A DNA stretch of 46,528 nt, from sequence record SRR20825019_238; one strand, given 5' to 3'. Both the position numbers and the translations under genes were made by a program. A model generated the notes under the pieces. The model saw only the letters and a program-made list of their open reading frames with translations, was not told where the DNA came from and did not search any database. Below, piece by piece: positions 46,021 through 46,528 of this stretch; position 1 is the stretch's first letter; each line of letters begins with the position of its first letter.

Positions 46021-46528
46021 TTAATGTTCTTCTTTATATTTTGGATCCATTTTAAAATCCTCCATGAATTTGGTGGTATAGTTACCTGCCAAATAATCTG
46101 GGTGATCCATCAACTGGCGATGGAACGGAATAGTTGTCTTTATGCCTTCGATCACGAACTCGTCCAAGGCCCTTCTCATTTTATTGATAGCCTCTTCCCT
46201 TGTTTGGGCGGTGGTAATCAACTTGGCGATCATGGAATCATAGTTCGGAGGAATCATATAACCACTGTACACATGGGTGTCCAAACGAACACCGTGCCCC
46301 CCTGGCGTATGAAGCGTTGTAATTTTGCCGGGTGAAGGTCTAAAGTCGTTATAAGGGTCTTCCGCGTTGATCCTACATTCGATGGAGTGTAATTTTGGGT
46401 AGTAGTTTTTACCTGAAATCGGCACGCCACCCGCAACCAAAATTTGCTCACGGATCAAATCGTAATCAACAACTTGCTCGGTAATTGGGTGCTCCACCTG
46501 AATACGGGTGTTCATTTCCATAAAGTAG
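46021..46528 (-). CDS. accC: Acetyl-CoA carboxylase biotin carboxylase subunit, C-terminal part (5' end outside the window)
   Basis: [41 protein letters not shown] and GIKTTIPFH. Confidence 0.96.
   Translation of the reverse strand, partial: YFMEMNTRIQVEHPITEQVVDYDLIREQILVAGGVPISGKNYYPKLHSIECRINAEDPYNDFRPSPGKITTLHTPGGHGVRLDTHVYSGYMIPPNYDSMIAKLITTAQTREEAINKMRRALDEFVIEGIKTTIPFHRQLMDHPDYLAGNYTTKFMEDFKMDPKYKEEH

Noticed and set aside
421-46451. Many short ORFs antisense to or overlapping long genes (e.g. 27070-27870 minus, 266 aa; 32197-32745 minus)
   Set aside because: They lie inside well-supported CDSs, have no recognisable motifs, and are expected shadow ORFs.
1-46528. tRNA, rRNA, prophage or known anti-phage defence genes
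   Set aside because: None recognised by eye, and intergenic gaps are short. A tRNAscan/Rfam/DefenseFinder run would be needed to exclude them formally.

Overview
Bacterial window, most likely Bacteroidota/Flavobacteriaceae (inferred from the SusC/SusD pair, an RteC remnant and A-rich leaders without obvious Shine-Dalgarno sites). It has four blocks. (1) 1-10.7 kb: a probable ICE-derived cargo island. It holds SusC, SusD and a Zn-metalloprotease facing a convergent operon (MauE/DoxX protein, membrane-anchored beta-rich protein, small secreted 4-Cys peptide), plus a PAS-AraC/STAS-like regulator pair. It ends in a frameshifted rteC fused to an IS481 fragment. Shared 21-bp direct repeats lie upstream of two of its operons, and a candidate RNA pseudoknot precedes the peptide gene. 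(2) 10.9-18.3 kb: esterase, TlpA-like redoxin, a soluble kinase with a sigma54 activator and a complete sigma54 promoter upstream of an Rnk-like gene, an output-less four-helix-bundle membrane protein and a GreA-like gene. (3) 18.3-44.8 kb: an intramembrane-sensing-type kinase and a variant (GSFTDA) sigma54 activator, divergent from a ~23.5-kb operon of TolC, adaptor, ATPase, EIGHT tandem ~800-aa MacB/FtsX-type permeases and a second ATPase, with a recurring junction motif. (4) FAD oxidoreductase and the 3' end of accC. The best candidates for an undescribed system are the eight-permease type VII ABC array with a Bce-like sensor, and the Cys-peptide/MauE/SusCD/protease island. No searches were run; family calls come from motif recognition.
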